Origin: Cytophagaceae bacterium
Lineage (GTDB): Bacteria; Bacteroidota; Bacteroidia; Cytophagales; UBA9547
Direction of reading: 5' to 3'
NCBI GenBank assembly: GCA_027488865.1
Contig: JAIYAU010000018.1
Coordinates: 2,635-66,634, forward strand
DNA: 64,000 nt
Numbering within the stretch: the first letter of the stretch is position 1; each line of letters starts with the position of its first letter. The position numbers and the translations under genes were made by a program. Of the stretch, positions 1-11,648 are shown piece after piece. The notes below the pieces were generated by a model that did not search any database, was not told where the DNA came from, and saw only the letters and a list, made by a program, of their open reading frames with translations.

Positions 1-1535
<1,535 letters not shown>

Positions 1536-1551
1536 TTAAATAAGCAAAATG

Positions 1552-1600
1552 ACTCACATAAGCACGAGAAGAATCGTGGCTTATGTGAGTAGTTTTTGTT
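1552..1600 (+). terminator. Intrinsic terminator of pgi
   Basis: ACTCACATAAGCACGA / TCGTGGCTTATGTGAGT forms a ~16-bp stem with one bulge. It is followed by AGTTTTTGTTGTTT, 17 nt after the pgi stop. Confidence 0.7.
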
Positions 1601-1645
1601 GTTTAGAAATAGGGTTGATGGAAGAAAGTAACTAATTCGATTTTT

Positions 1646-2158
1646 TTAAAGTATTTGTCTAAAGGTTAAACTTATTCTTCCATGCTCAGTATCAGATTTT
1701 GGAATTGAATGTTGCCATTTGTTTTGGATTTCCTGAGTCATATAAATCAAACTCCCCGAATTCAATTCATAACTCAGAAGCTGCTCTGGGTTCATTATAT
1801 TTTTAAACTTCAACGTTCTTGTCGCTCCAAGAGAAATAATTGTAATGCCCGTTTCTGGTTCTAAAATATCTATTTGGTCAGAATGATAACCCATTTTTGA
1901 CTTACCATCCAAGTAATAATTGATTAAGCAGTTATTTGGCTCAAATCCAATTACATTAACCAGTTTTTTATTTATTGCTTCGAGTTCTGGTAAAAAATCT
2001 TGGTATGGGTAGCTTATTTGTGAATAATTATAAGCTTTTCCAAAGCTAGCCGTTTTACGAGCAGTCATTCGTTCATCCCATTTTACTGTCGTTGTTAAGA
2101 GGTTAAATAGATTATTTGGAAAATCAATAAAGTTTTCAATATGCGTTATTCCGTCCAT
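1646..2158 (-). CDS. alkB: Fe(II)/2-oxoglutarate-dependent dioxygenase, AlkB-like DNA/RNA repair demethylase
   Basis: HxD motif (GYHSDQ), distal His (WQHSIP) and the RISLTFR motif typical of AlkB. 170 aa. Confidence 0.8.
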   Translation of the reverse strand: MDGITHIENFIDFPNNLFNLLTTTVKWDERMTARKTASFGKAYNYSQISYPYQDFLPELEAINKKLVNVIGFEPNNCLINYYLDGKSKMGYHSDQIDILEPETGITIISLGATRTLKFKNIMNPEQLLSYELNSGSLIYMTQEIQNKWQHSIPKSDTEHGRISLTFRQIL

Positions 2159-2295
2159 TTTATAGAAAGTTGTTCATTAACTTGGTTATTTTATTAGTCT
2201 TGAGAAAAATCATTCCTAAACAAAACATAACAATTTTTCGAAAATAGTTCTAATTTTTTTATCTCGAATTTATTAAAAGATTCAATGCTGAAAGA

Positions 2296-2466
2296 TTTAT
2301 GCAGCTAAAACTTTTAGTTTTTGTGTTAGATAGTAAATACTTTATGCAGCTAAAAGAAGTTTGTTTTGCTACATAAACATTTTCTTTTAGCTGCATAAAG
2401 TTTTTGTTCATAGTGCATAAATAATTTCTTAATAGTGCATAAAGTTTTTACTTTCTAATGCATAAT
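2296..2466. repeat. Iteron-like array: five ~22-bp direct units (T[G/A]CATAA core) plus two inverted copies, including a perfect 19-bp inverted repeat
   Basis: The core starts at 2370, 2392, 2414, 2436 and 2459 (steps 22, 22, 22, 23). TTTATGCAGCTAAAA is identical at 2296-2310 and 2341-2355. The arm at 2340-2358 is the exact reverse complement of 2382-2400. Confidence 0.8.
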
Positions 2467-2517
2467 TTTTTAGAAGTCCGCAAATTGTCTGGTTTAAAGA
2501 TTAAGTTTGAATACTGT

Positions 2518-3132
2518 TTATAAACTTTCAAATCTATACCCTAATTCCGAAAAATGTTCTAAATAGGCTGGCAAAACAAATTTTATTTTTTCGTAGGTTT
2601 TTAAATGGTCATGAAAAAGCACAATTGAGCCTGATCTCGTTGCTTTAATAGAATTTTTTAAGCAAGCCTCTTTTGAAATAATCTTTTCATAATCAGCACT
2701 TAACACATCCCACATAATTATTTTGTAATTTTTTGAGACTAATTTTATCTGTTCTCGTGTAATACGGCCGTAAGGAGGTCTAAATAATTGATTGCTTTTA
2801 GAGATAAGTTCTTCACATAGGGCTATGTTTTCAAGGTAAATGTTGGTTTCTGTTTTCCAGCCTTTTAAATGGTTATAGGTGTGGTTGCCTATAACATGGC
2901 CTTCTTCAATAACCCGTTTAAAAACTTCAGGATTTTTAGAAATATTTTCGCCCACACAAAAAAACGTAGCTTTAGCGTTGTAATTTTTTAAAGTGTCAAG
3001 TACAAAATCAGTTACTTCGGGTATAGGGCCATCATCAAAAGTGAGGTAAATAATTTTTTCATCCGTTTTAACATCCCAAACCAACGAGGGAAAAATCCAT
3101 TTTAAAAATATAGGAGTTTTGTGTAAAGTCAT
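2518..3132 (-). CDS. Polysaccharide deacetylase (NodB homology domain)
   Basis: TFDDGP and HTYNH motifs of the carbohydrate esterase 4 / NodB fold. There is a 1-nt gap to the upstream sugar transferase gene. Confidence 0.85.
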   Translation of the reverse strand: MTLHKTPIFLKWIFPSLVWDVKTDEKIIYLTFDDGPIPEVTDFVLDTLKNYNAKATFFCVGENISKNPEVFKRVIEEGHVIGNHTYNHLKGWKTETNIYLENIALCEELISKSNQLFRPPYGRITREQIKLVSKNYKIIMWDVLSADYEKIISKEACLKNSIKATRSGSIVLFHDHLKTYEKIKFVLPAYLEHFSELGYRFESL

Positions 3133-3133
3133 A

Positions 3134-4531
3134 TTATTTGCCTTCCGCCCTTAACACAGTTATTATAGTGAGATAAATAATTACAAAATCTAAATATAAG
3201 GACATGTTTTTAATATAAAAGATATCATATTTGAGCCTTTTAATCATTTCATCCACATTTTCTGCATAGCCATATTTTACCTGCGCTAAAGACGTGATTC
3301 CCGGCTTTACTTTTTGTCTTAATTTAAAATTAGGAGCAACCTTAACAATTTGATCTATATAAAATTGGCGTTCTGGACGTGGCCCCACCAGCGACATATC
3401 GCCAATAAGCACATTATAAAATTGAGGTAGTTCATCAATACGCGTTTTGCGCATAAACGCTCCCCAAGGAGTAATGCGTTTGTCGTTTTTGGACGATAGT
3501 GCCGGGCCTTTTTGCTCTGCATTAACATACATACTTCTAAATTTATATATCTTAAACGGATGTCCATTTTGACCTATGCGTTCTTGCCTAAAAAAAATTG
3601 GACCTGCAGAAGTAAATTTAGTGATTAACGAAAAAACCAGTAAAAAGGGGGATCCCAAAAATATAAAACTAAAAGATCCAATTATATCTAAAGTTCTTTT
3701 GATGGTTTTTTGCCAATGAGGAATAATATCCTTCCTTATTTCAATTAAAGGTAATTTAAACATGTAATTAATGCTAAATGAACCTATAATAATGTCTTCT
3801 AATTCCGGAATAATACTCACGTTGATGTCGTAAAAATCTAAAATCTCTAATGTTTTAGAAAGGTATTCATGTTCGTCAGGCTCTACAGCTATTACCACTT
3901 GCTCCACCTTAGAAATATTTATGATATGTTCAAGATTGGTAATATTTCCTAACATGTTTAGACCATTTAGGGTTTGTTTTTCAGGATTTACATACAAGTT
4001 ACCTATTACATTCCAGCCCAAAGAATGTTTTATCTTTTTAATCTCAGTAAGTATTTCGATGGCATTTTTGCCTGTGCCTATTATTATAGTGTTGAATAAA
4101 ATTTTACCCGTTTTGAAAAAAGATTTTACATAGGTCATTAGAATCATTCGCACCAAAACAATTAATAAAAATTGGATGCTTAGGTAGGAAAAATATATTT
4201 TAAAGAAATTCTTGTAACCGTCAATTCTATAATTTAAAGGAGCAAGCAGTGCACAAATAAAAAATACACCGATAACACTCAAAAACATAATATTAAAAAG
4301 TTCTTTTAATCTACTTTTTCTAGCAATATTGATGTATGCACCACTAAAATAATAGATAATCGTCCATATGAAAGCGATAAAGAGTGACTCAGTTACTTTA
4401 GCAGTAACAGAGTTAGATAAAAACTCAAAAAAATAGATATGAATATAAATTGCTAAAAATAACCAAGTTATAAAATTAATAACCAAATCGGATATAATAA
4501 AGGATAGGGTAATTTTGGTATTTATTTTCAT
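3134..4531 (-). CDS. Polyprenyl-phosphate glycosylphosphotransferase (WbaP/EpsB-type initiating sugar transferase)
   Basis: Several N-terminal TM segments. The C-terminal bacterial sugar transferase domain carries DELPQFYNVLIGDMSLVGPRP. Confidence 0.85.
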   Translation of the reverse strand: MKINTKITLSFIISDLVINFITWLFLAIYIHIYFFEFLSNSVTAKVTESLFIAFIWTIIYYFSGAYINIARKSRLKELFNIMFLSVIGVFFICALLAPLNYRIDGYKNFFKIYFSYLSIQFLLIVLVRMILMTYVKSFFKTGKILFNTIIIGTGKNAIEILTEIKKIKHSLGWNVIGNLYVNPEKQTLNGLNMLGNITNLEHIINISKVEQVVIAVEPDEHEYLSKTLEILDFYDINVSIIPELEDIIIGSFSINYMFKLPLIEIRKDIIPHWQKTIKRTLDIIGSFSFIFLGSPFLLVFSLITKFTSAGPIFFRQERIGQNGHPFKIYKFRSMYVNAEQKGPALSSKNDKRITPWGAFMRKTRIDELPQFYNVLIGDMSLVGPRPERQFYIDQIVKVAPNFKLRQKVKPGITSLAQVKYGYAENVDEMIKRLKYDIFYIKNMSLYLDFVIIYLTIITVLRAEGK

Positions 4532-4678
4532 GAGCCGAAAAAAATTAATAGCTATTTATAAAAAACGACTATTTTTGATTTTTATTATGGGTCAAAAATA
4601 TAAAAAATATACCATTGCTAACAAATTGACATTAGTTTTATTAACAGTCGTTTTTGTTTGGTATATTGAAAAGGCAGA

Positions 4679-5782
4679 ATGAAAGAATTAAAAGTTGCAA
4701 TAGTACAAGACTGGCTTTATTTTAACGGAGGTGCTGAAAAAGTACTTGAACAAATTATTTATTGTTTTCCACAAGCAGACATATTTAGCACCATTGATTT
4801 TTTAAAAGGAGAAGAAAGAAAAACAATTCATTATAAGAAAGTAACAACCACTTTTATACAAAAATTACCTTTTGCATCTAAACTTCATAGGCTTTATCTG
4901 CCATTTATGCCTTTGGCAATAGAACAATTGGATGTAAGTAACTATGATCTAGTAATTTCTAGCTCACATGCCGTGGCAAAAGGGGTGTTAACACATGCAG
5001 AGCAAATCCATGTTTGTTATTGTCATTCACCAATGAGGTATGCATGGGATTTGTATCATCAATACCTGGAAGAAAGTAATCTAAAAACTGGCCTAAAAGG
5101 CTGGTTTGCAAAATATTTTTTGCATAAAATAAGAATTTGGGATTATACTACCGCTAACAGAGTTGATTACTTTATTGCAAATTCCCATTATATTGCCAAA
5201 CGAATTAAAAAAGTGTACGGCAGAGATTCGGTGGTTATTTATCCACCTGTGGATACTGATAAATTTTCTTTACATATAGATAAGGAAGACTTTTATCTAA
5301 CTGCTTCGAGATTTGTTCCTTATAAAAAAATTGATATTATTGCAGAAGCATTCGCAAAAATGCCTAACAAAAAGTTAATAATTATAGGAGACGGCCCTGA
5401 TTTTAAAAGAATTAGTTCAAAGGCAACAGAGAACGTGGTTTTTATGGGTTACCAAACTTCTGATGTTATGGTAGATCATATGCAACGAGCCAAAGCATTT
5501 ATATTTGCAGCCAAAGAAGATTTTGGTATAATACCAGTAGAGGCGATGGCGTGTGGTACACCTGTTATCGCCTATGGTGCAGGCGGATGTTTGGAAACAG
5601 TTATAGATGGTGTTACAGGAGTGCATTTTTATGATCAAACAGCGGAGGCAATTGTGGAGGCTGTAGAAAAGTTTGAAGGAAAAAAAATCATATTTAATGC
5701 AAATCAAATTTCACAAAAAGCGTCAGATTTTTCTATTTCTTCTTTCAAAACTAAATTTTTAAGTTTCTTAAATTTTAAATAA
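4679..5782 (+). CDS. Glycosyltransferase, GT4 family (GT-B fold)
   Basis: C-terminal EDFGIIPVEAMACGTPVIAYGAGGCLETV (E-x7-E type motif). 367 aa. First gene of the + strand polysaccharide operon. Confidence 0.8.
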   Translation: MKELKVAIVQDWLYFNGGAEKVLEQIIYCFPQADIFSTIDFLKGEERKTIHYKKVTTTFIQKLPFASKLHRLYLPFMPLAIEQLDVSNYDLVISSSHAVAKGVLTHAEQIHVCYCHSPMRYAWDLYHQYLEESNLKTGLKGWFAKYFLHKIRIWDYTTANRVDYFIANSHYIAKRIKKVYGRDSVVIYPPVDTDKFSLHIDKEDFYLTASRFVPYKKIDIIAEAFAKMPNKKLIIIGDGPDFKRISSKATENVVFMGYQTSDVMVDHMQRAKAFIFAAKEDFGIIPVEAMACGTPVIAYGAGGCLETVIDGVTGVHFYDQTAEAIVEAVEKFEGKKIIFNANQISQKASDFSISSFKTKFLSFLNFK

Positions 5783-5794
5783 ATAAAAGGTATT

Positions 5795-6634
5795 ATGAAT
5801 TCCATTAATGAATTTAGTCTTAATAATGAACCTTCGTTAAATTATATATTAAAAAATGTATTTGGTTCTTTCTATAAAGCCAGAAAGCATTTATTTGTAG
5901 GAATTGTGGTTGGTGTCACATTTGGTATAATTTTTTGGATGGTAGCAACTCCTGAGTATAGTTCAAAATTAGTAGGGTATTCTGAAACTTTATCGGACAA
6001 AAGAATAAAAGATGAAATTTCGGACATTACCTTACTATTTAAGTTTAAAGATCACGAAGCAATTTCAAAAATGCTAGGTATGTCCATAAATAATGTTAAA
6101 AAAGTAAAATCTGTGGAATGTTTTACTGATTTAGAACTTACGAAATCAATTAAGAACCCAGAAACCTTTTTTACGATTCAAGCAGTAGTATATGATAATT
6201 TAATTTTAGATACTTTAGAAAAAGCACTTTGTAACTATTTAGAAAACAACGAATACGTTCACGTTAGGAAAATGAATAGTTTAGATAATTATTATACAAT
6301 GATAAATAAAATTAATATTGAGAGGTTATACATAGATAGCTTAAAATCACTTGTTTTAGTTAAACTTAATGATAAAGATAATCGAACTATGAATTTGGTC
6401 GGTGCAAATTTAAATGTTTTATCTGAGACTTCGTTGGGTCTTCAAGGTAGATTAATTGATCAAAAAAATAATATCAAATTTATAGATGATGTTAATATTA
6501 TCAAAAAGTTTAAACCTATCACCAAACCCATACATCCTAGAGGATTTGTTTCGATTTTATTTGGATTAATATTTGGTTTAGTTGCTGGATTTATATGGTT
6601 TGGATTTACGAGTATAAGGTCGAAAAATAAATAA
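5795..6634 (+). CDS. Membrane protein with Wzz-like (chain-length determinant) topology
   Basis: One TM near the N-terminus (LFVGIVVGVTFGIIFWMV) and one at the C-terminus (FVSILFGLIFGLVAGFIWFGF) flank a ~190-aa coiled, charged domain. The gene sits inside a polysaccharide operon. The call rests on topology only. Confidence 0.45.
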   Translation: MNSINEFSLNNEPSLNYILKNVFGSFYKARKHLFVGIVVGVTFGIIFWMVATPEYSSKLVGYSETLSDKRIKDEISDITLLFKFKDHEAISKMLGMSINNVKKVKSVECFTDLELTKSIKNPETFFTIQAVVYDNLILDTLEKALCNYLENNEYVHVRKMNSLDNYYTMINKINIERLYIDSLKSLVLVKLNDKDNRTMNLVGANLNVLSETSLGLQGRLIDQKNNIKFIDDVNIIKKFKPITKPIHPRGFVSILFGLIFGLVAGFIWFGFTSIRSKNK

Positions 6635-6635
6635 T

Positions 6636-7589
6636 ATGGAATTAGTGTATATTATTGTTTTAAACTATAATGGTTGGCAAGATACAATTGAATGCCTTGA
6701 AAGTATATTCGCCCAGACATATGATAACTTTAAGATAATAATTGTTGATAATTGTTCGATAAATAATTCAGTAGTTGAAATTTGTGAAATTTTCAAATCA
6801 AGTTTTCGAGGCTATAATTTGATATTAGTGAATGAAGATGATATTGAAACATTTACATCTTCTAAATCAAATTATTCAGATGATAATCAAGTTATTTTGA
6901 TAAAGTCAAATATAAATAAAGGTTATGCCTTTGGAAATAACTTAGGAATTAGATTTGCCCTAAAAGATCCGCTTTGTAATTTTGTTTGGATATTGAATAA
7001 TGATACAGTTCTTTATAATAATTCACTTGAAATAATGCTTTTTTCTGATAAGTGGTTTGTTAATAATACGGGGTTTTTAGGAAGTAAACTTGTGTATTAT
7101 AATAATCCAAATATCATTCAAGGATTTGGAGGTAAACTAAACAATAAATTTGGCACAGTGCAAGACGTTGGCGAAGGTAAGGATGTTTCAACAATTCTGG
7201 ATAAAACTGAAATTGACTATCCAATAGGTGCAAGTATAATGTTATCCAGAGAAATGATTGAGAAGGTTGGTCTACTTTGTGATGAATACTTCTTGTTTTA
7301 TGAAGAACTTGATTATTGTCAAAGAGCTAAAAGATTAGGATATAATTTTAGTGTTGAATCAAAATGTTTAATTAAACACAAACATGCAGCAAGCACACAA
7401 GCAAACAAGTTTAAATCTATTGAAATAGATTTAATTTCATTAAGAAGTAGGATAATATTTATGAAAAAATACTTTTCTTACAATATGCCTTATCTATATT
7501 TCAGCTTTATACTTATTATTCTTAAACGAATTTTAAAAGGACAATTCCTTAGGTCTTTCAGAATTGGTATAATGCTTTTTAATGTTTAG
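6636..7589 (+). CDS. Glycosyltransferase, GT2 family
   Basis: N-terminal IIVLNYNGWQDTIECLESIFAQTY...IIIVDNCS and an NNDT (DxD-like) motif. The start lies 1 nt after the upstream stop. Confidence 0.8.
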   Translation: MELVYIIVLNYNGWQDTIECLESIFAQTYDNFKIIIVDNCSINNSVVEICEIFKSSFRGYNLILVNEDDIETFTSSKSNYSDDNQVILIKSNINKGYAFGNNLGIRFALKDPLCNFVWILNNDTVLYNNSLEIMLFSDKWFVNNTGFLGSKLVYYNNPNIIQGFGGKLNNKFGTVQDVGEGKDVSTILDKTEIDYPIGASIMLSREMIEKVGLLCDEYFLFYEELDYCQRAKRLGYNFSVESKCLIKHKHAASTQANKFKSIEIDLISLRSRIIFMKKYFSYNMPYLYFSFILIILKRILKGQFLRSFRIGIMLFNV

Positions 7590-7595
7590 TATAAA

Positions 7596-8813
7596 ATGAT
7601 TCACTATTTAAAGTCAAGCTACGGAAGGCAAATAATTTTGTTAAATCTAATAGTAATATTTTTATTTATAAATATTCAATTTTGCAGTTTCATTATAATT
7701 TTATTTGCCTTAAACTTCTTAGTTAATTTAAACTTTAAAAAAGTGCTATTAGAGGGTGTGAAAAATGTTTTTTTTCTTACCAATGCATTTTTTCTTGTTT
7801 TTTTCATTATATCTTTAATCTATACCGAAAATTTTAGTGGAGGGCTGTTTGAAATAGAAAAAAAATTAACATTTATAGTATTTCCACTTATTTTAGCTGT
7901 AGTCAGATTAAAGACTGAAGACCTTTACTTATTGTTTAAAACATTTATATTGTGTTGTGCTACTATTTGCTCCATATCTCTTATTTTAGCAATTAAGCGA
8001 TATACCTATTCCCAAAATATTAACTACTTTTTTTTAAATGAAATATTATATTTCACAGATTTCCATCGTGTTTATCTGTCTTTTTATTTGTTATTTGCAA
8101 TTCATCTCATAATGGGCATCGACGAATTGGAATTAAGAGGAGGTTATAAGTTTTTTTTAATTTCAACTTTTACCTTGTTTATACTTTTGTTAGCCTCCAG
8201 AATGATCATAGTTTTGATGATTCTTTCTTTTGTTTATATTGTTATGAACAAAGTAAGAGATAGGAAAAGGGTAATTCTATTATTAAGCTTATTTATATCC
8301 TTTGTTACCTTTTTTGTATTACTTACTCCAATATATGAAATGTTAGCCAACTTATTTACAAATCTGCAGAATGGAAATGTTCAGGGGAAAACAAATGGGG
8401 TTAATCTTAGAATTATCCAGTGGAATTTGGCATTTAGGCTTATTCTTAAAAGTATTTGGATTGGTTATGGGCCAGGTGATTTTTTAATTGTTTTAACAAA
8501 CTTTTACAAAGAAAATGGATTCAATTATGGATATGATAATAGGCTTAACTCACATAACCAAATATTAGACACCGTACTTGGTTTGGGTCTAGTTGGGTTT
8601 TGTTCTCTGTTAGCTATTTTATATGTCTCCTTTAAGACTGCAATTAAGGAATATGGGAAATTGCCGATTTATTTTATTTTTCTTTCAATATTTTGTTTGA
8701 CTATGATATCTGAGTCGGTTCTTGAAACAAATAAAGGGATTATATTTTTTACATTATTTAATTCTTTACTATTTTTTAATAAAGAGGCTAATTTAGATGG
8801 AAAAATCAAATGA
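7596..8813 (+). CDS. O-antigen ligase/polymerase family membrane protein (Wzy_C-like)
   Basis: About 10 TM segments. Loop with NSHNQILDTVLGLGLVGF, typical of the O-antigen ligase-like domain. Confidence 0.6.
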   Translation: MIHYLKSSYGRQIILLNLIVIFLFINIQFCSFIIILFALNFLVNLNFKKVLLEGVKNVFFLTNAFFLVFFIISLIYTENFSGGLFEIEKKLTFIVFPLILAVVRLKTEDLYLLFKTFILCCATICSISLILAIKRYTYSQNINYFFLNEILYFTDFHRVYLSFYLLFAIHLIMGIDELELRGGYKFFLISTFTLFILLLASRMIIVLMILSFVYIVMNKVRDRKRVILLLSLFISFVTFFVLLTPIYEMLANLFTNLQNGNVQGKTNGVNLRIIQWNLAFRLILKSIWIGYGPGDFLIVLTNFYKENGFNYGYDNRLNSHNQILDTVLGLGLVGFCSLLAILYVSFKTAIKEYGKLPIYFIFLSIFCLTMISESVLETNKGIIFFTLFNSLLFFNKEANLDGKIK

Positions 8814-10105
8814 ATGTACCTGACTGGATTTGTGATACCGCCTATATAATAGTGATAGTTCATTTTTTGGTTAATTGGTTGGTCGAGTATAAAAAAACTC
8901 TTTGGAAAATAGACTTTTGGCACGTTATTATCTTCATAAAGTTTGTTTTTCCAAGTATTCTTATGTATTATTTTAGTACTTCTATTAAGAACCTTTCACA
9001 TGTCGGAATAGCCCTACCTGCTATTATTGTAAATATAAATTTTATCTTCGTAATTTCTATCGTTGGTTACGTTAGTATCTATTTTGGAAGATTATTGTAT
9101 GACTCTTTAGGTCAGCCTAGTAAAAAATATACAATAGAGAATATTATTCAAAATAACGTTAATTCTGAAATTTCGATTAAATTCTTCTTTTACTTCTATT
9201 TGTTTCTAAGTAGTGTCGTAATATTTATTCAAGGTAGTCATGGATATATATTTAATGGACGAACTTTTTATCAATTTAACGATTCTTTACGCCCACTATA
9301 TAATTTAGCGGTAATTTTATATTTCAATATCTTTTTGATTTTATTTATTAAGTATCTTGAAACTAAAACTAAAGAAAACCTAATTAGGGTGATTTTAGTT
9401 TTTTGTACCGGCCTCTTTTTTGAATCAAGGGCTGCAATTTTAGAACCAATAATGTTTGCTATACTGTTTTATTCATTTTTAAATTTTAAGAAAGTTAAAT
9501 TCGTCAATATAATGTTTATTGCTGTGATACTAATGGTAATTGCAATTTTGATGTTATCTCTTAGATTTAAACAAGTAGATTATACTAATTGGTTAATAAT
9601 ATTAGAAGAAATTTTATATGGGGATAATTTTTCAGATTTGCGAGATTTTACTTGGTTTTATTCTAATTGGGATAAAAATTTTATTTATGGGAAAACATAT
9701 CTAGCTGGTATTATTTCATTTTTACCTAGATTTATAAGCAATTTTAGGCAAGAATGGGCAATAAGTGTTTATACAAATGGATACATGGGTTTTGACATTT
9801 CAATTCATCCTGGATTAAGAATTGGGTTGTTCGGGGAGTCTTATATTAATTTTGGATGGCTAGGTGTTATATTTCTAGGTGTTTTTTTTGGGTGGCTTGT
9901 TAGATTGGTAGATAAAGGTATAAAATTTGCTGTTTGTTCTGAGAATAATTTAGTAAATGCATATTCTAAACTAATTTGGTGGTATTTGATTTATGCATTT
10001 TGCATTAGTACTGGTTTTTCTGGCTTTTATAGTTTTATTTTAATTACAATTTTACTTTATACTTTTCGACAGGTGTTTTATAGTTTTTTTGTATTTAAGA
10101 ATTGA
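8810..10105 (+). CDS. Polytopic membrane protein, putative second oligosaccharide repeat-unit polymerase (Wzy-like)
   Basis: About 11-12 TM segments, aromatic-rich. ATGA start/stop overlap with the upstream gene suggests translational coupling. The call rests on context and topology only. Confidence 0.4.
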   Translation: MNVPDWICDTAYIIVIVHFLVNWLVEYKKTLWKIDFWHVIIFIKFVFPSILMYYFSTSIKNLSHVGIALPAIIVNINFIFVISIVGYVSIYFGRLLYDSLGQPSKKYTIENIIQNNVNSEISIKFFFYFYLFLSSVVIFIQGSHGYIFNGRTFYQFNDSLRPLYNLAVILYFNIFLILFIKYLETKTKENLIRVILVFCTGLFFESRAAILEPIMFAILFYSFLNFKKVKFVNIMFIAVILMVIAILMLSLRFKQVDYTNWLIILEEILYGDNFSDLRDFTWFYSNWDKNFIYGKTYLAGIISFLPRFISNFRQEWAISVYTNGYMGFDISIHPGLRIGLFGESYINFGWLGVIFLGVFFGWLVRLVDKGIKFAVCSENNLVNAYSKLIWWYLIYAFCISTGFSGFYSFILITILLYTFRQVFYSFFVFKN

Positions 10106-11346
10106 ATTATTTTTGTATAAAAATGGGACAGGAAACTAAATGTTACATAACTTTCAATTATAATTATTCCAATTAAAGCTCCTATTAAATCAAATTTATA
10201 GGTCATGACTATAACCATTGGAATGCCAAACACGCATGCACTAGTGTAAATTTTTTGGTAAATTTTTTGCATATTTTTAGCAATTAGGATTTGATAAAAG
10301 GGGATATTAACACAAATAACAATTGGAGTTAACAATAATAATTGTAAGTATTTGTAGTATAACAAATCGTTAGGAATAAAATAGTTTATTATTATTTTCG
10401 CAAACAACATACCTATTAAACTCAAAACAACTATTAGTATAAAAAACGGTAGATAATACGTTCTAAAAAATTGGTACAGAGGTTGGGTTCCTGATAAGGA
10501 TAGTTGACAAACTCTAGGGTAAATGGAGTTGCTATATACACTTAAAAGGTGCCTATACAAAAGAATTATTCTTTCAAAAATACCGTAAATCCCCAAAATA
10601 TAGGGTGTAACAAAATAACTTAATATCAAACTTGTTGAATTGGAATATAATGAAATAGATAGATTGGAGTAGAAAATAAATCTTCCTTCTGATAAGGTTT
10701 TTATAATTTTGCTTAAAGGTATAAATTTTAAAGTATAGTTTTTTGATTTAAATAAATATAAAGTTCCAATTAAGCCTGAAACTACATTTCCTAATCCATA
10801 TAAAAGGCATACCCATTGATAATCATTAGAATCTTTAATAACTAGAAATATCATTCCATTAAAAAAAATTTTTGAGATTACATTAAGTAAAGTTAGAAAG
10901 TCCATTCTTTCTATACCTTGAAAAAACCAAGTTGGAAGTAGAGCATTTCCTACAACCATTGAAAATCCTAAAATAAAGGCTAAAAAATTTTCTTGCCCGA
11001 TTTTATAAAGACATACAAATATTAAGTAGAATACGAAACAAATTATTAGTAACAAAAATTTAGTTGAATAGATACTGTTTACAATGTTATTTAATAATAA
11101 TTCATTATTTTTATTTTGCGCTACCTCTCTTGTCGCTGAAATATTAAATCCATAATCAACTACATTTTGAAAAAAGATAATTGAACTTAAAATCGCTGTT
11201 ATAATCCCAAAATGTGATAATCCAACAATTTTTATAACATAAGGGAAAGTTAATATTGGGATAATAAAATTTGTTAGCTGGATTAATGCAAGCGAAATAA
11301 AATTTCTAATCACCTTATTTTTTAATATGCTTGTTATGAGTAACAT
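10078..11346 (-). CDS. wzx: Polysaccharide flippase (MOP superfamily, Wzx-like)
   Basis: 422 aa, about 12-14 TM segments. N-terminus NFISLALIQLTNFIIPILTFPYVIKIVG is typical of the Polysacc_synt family. Its 3' end overlaps the convergent gene by 28 nt. Confidence 0.7.
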   Translation of the reverse strand: MLLITSILKNKVIRNFISLALIQLTNFIIPILTFPYVIKIVGLSHFGIITAILSSIIFFQNVVDYGFNISATREVAQNKNNELLLNNIVNSIYSTKFLLLIICFVFYLIFVCLYKIGQENFLAFILGFSMVVGNALLPTWFFQGIERMDFLTLLNVISKIFFNGMIFLVIKDSNDYQWVCLLYGLGNVVSGLIGTLYLFKSKNYTLKFIPLSKIIKTLSEGRFIFYSNLSISLYSNSTSLILSYFVTPYILGIYGIFERIILLYRHLLSVYSNSIYPRVCQLSLSGTQPLYQFFRTYYLPFFILIVVLSLIGMLFAKIIINYFIPNDLLYYKYLQLLLLTPIVICVNIPFYQILIAKNMQKIYQKIYTSACVFGIPMVIVMTYKFDLIGALIGIIIIESYVTFSFLSHFYTKIIQFLNTKKL

Positions 11347-11478
11347 GAAATATGTTTTATACCGCCTTTAGAATATCAAAACTAATAAAAAAAGCACGGT
11401 TGGTATGTCCAAAATTTTATTTAATGGTAAAAGAAATATTAAAAGTTGTCCTATGAATATAAACTATAAACTACATAT

Positions 11479-11517
11479 AAAAAATGCCTTAAATTTTAAT
11501 AACGACCCAATTAAGGC
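11479..11517 (-). terminator. Intrinsic terminator downstream of the GT9 gene
   Basis: On the - strand, GCCTTAA-N18-TTAAGGC is followed by a T6 run (the + strand A-run at 11479-11484). Confidence 0.5.
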
Positions 11518-11648
11518 CTTTTCTAAAACCTGGGCTTGAACATTTGCTATGTGCCTTGGTATTAATTTTCCTCATTTTTATACATTTGTCCTGATAATGA
11601 TTTTTCTTAATGTTCTTAGGATATTAAATTCAAAATTTATTTTAATTT

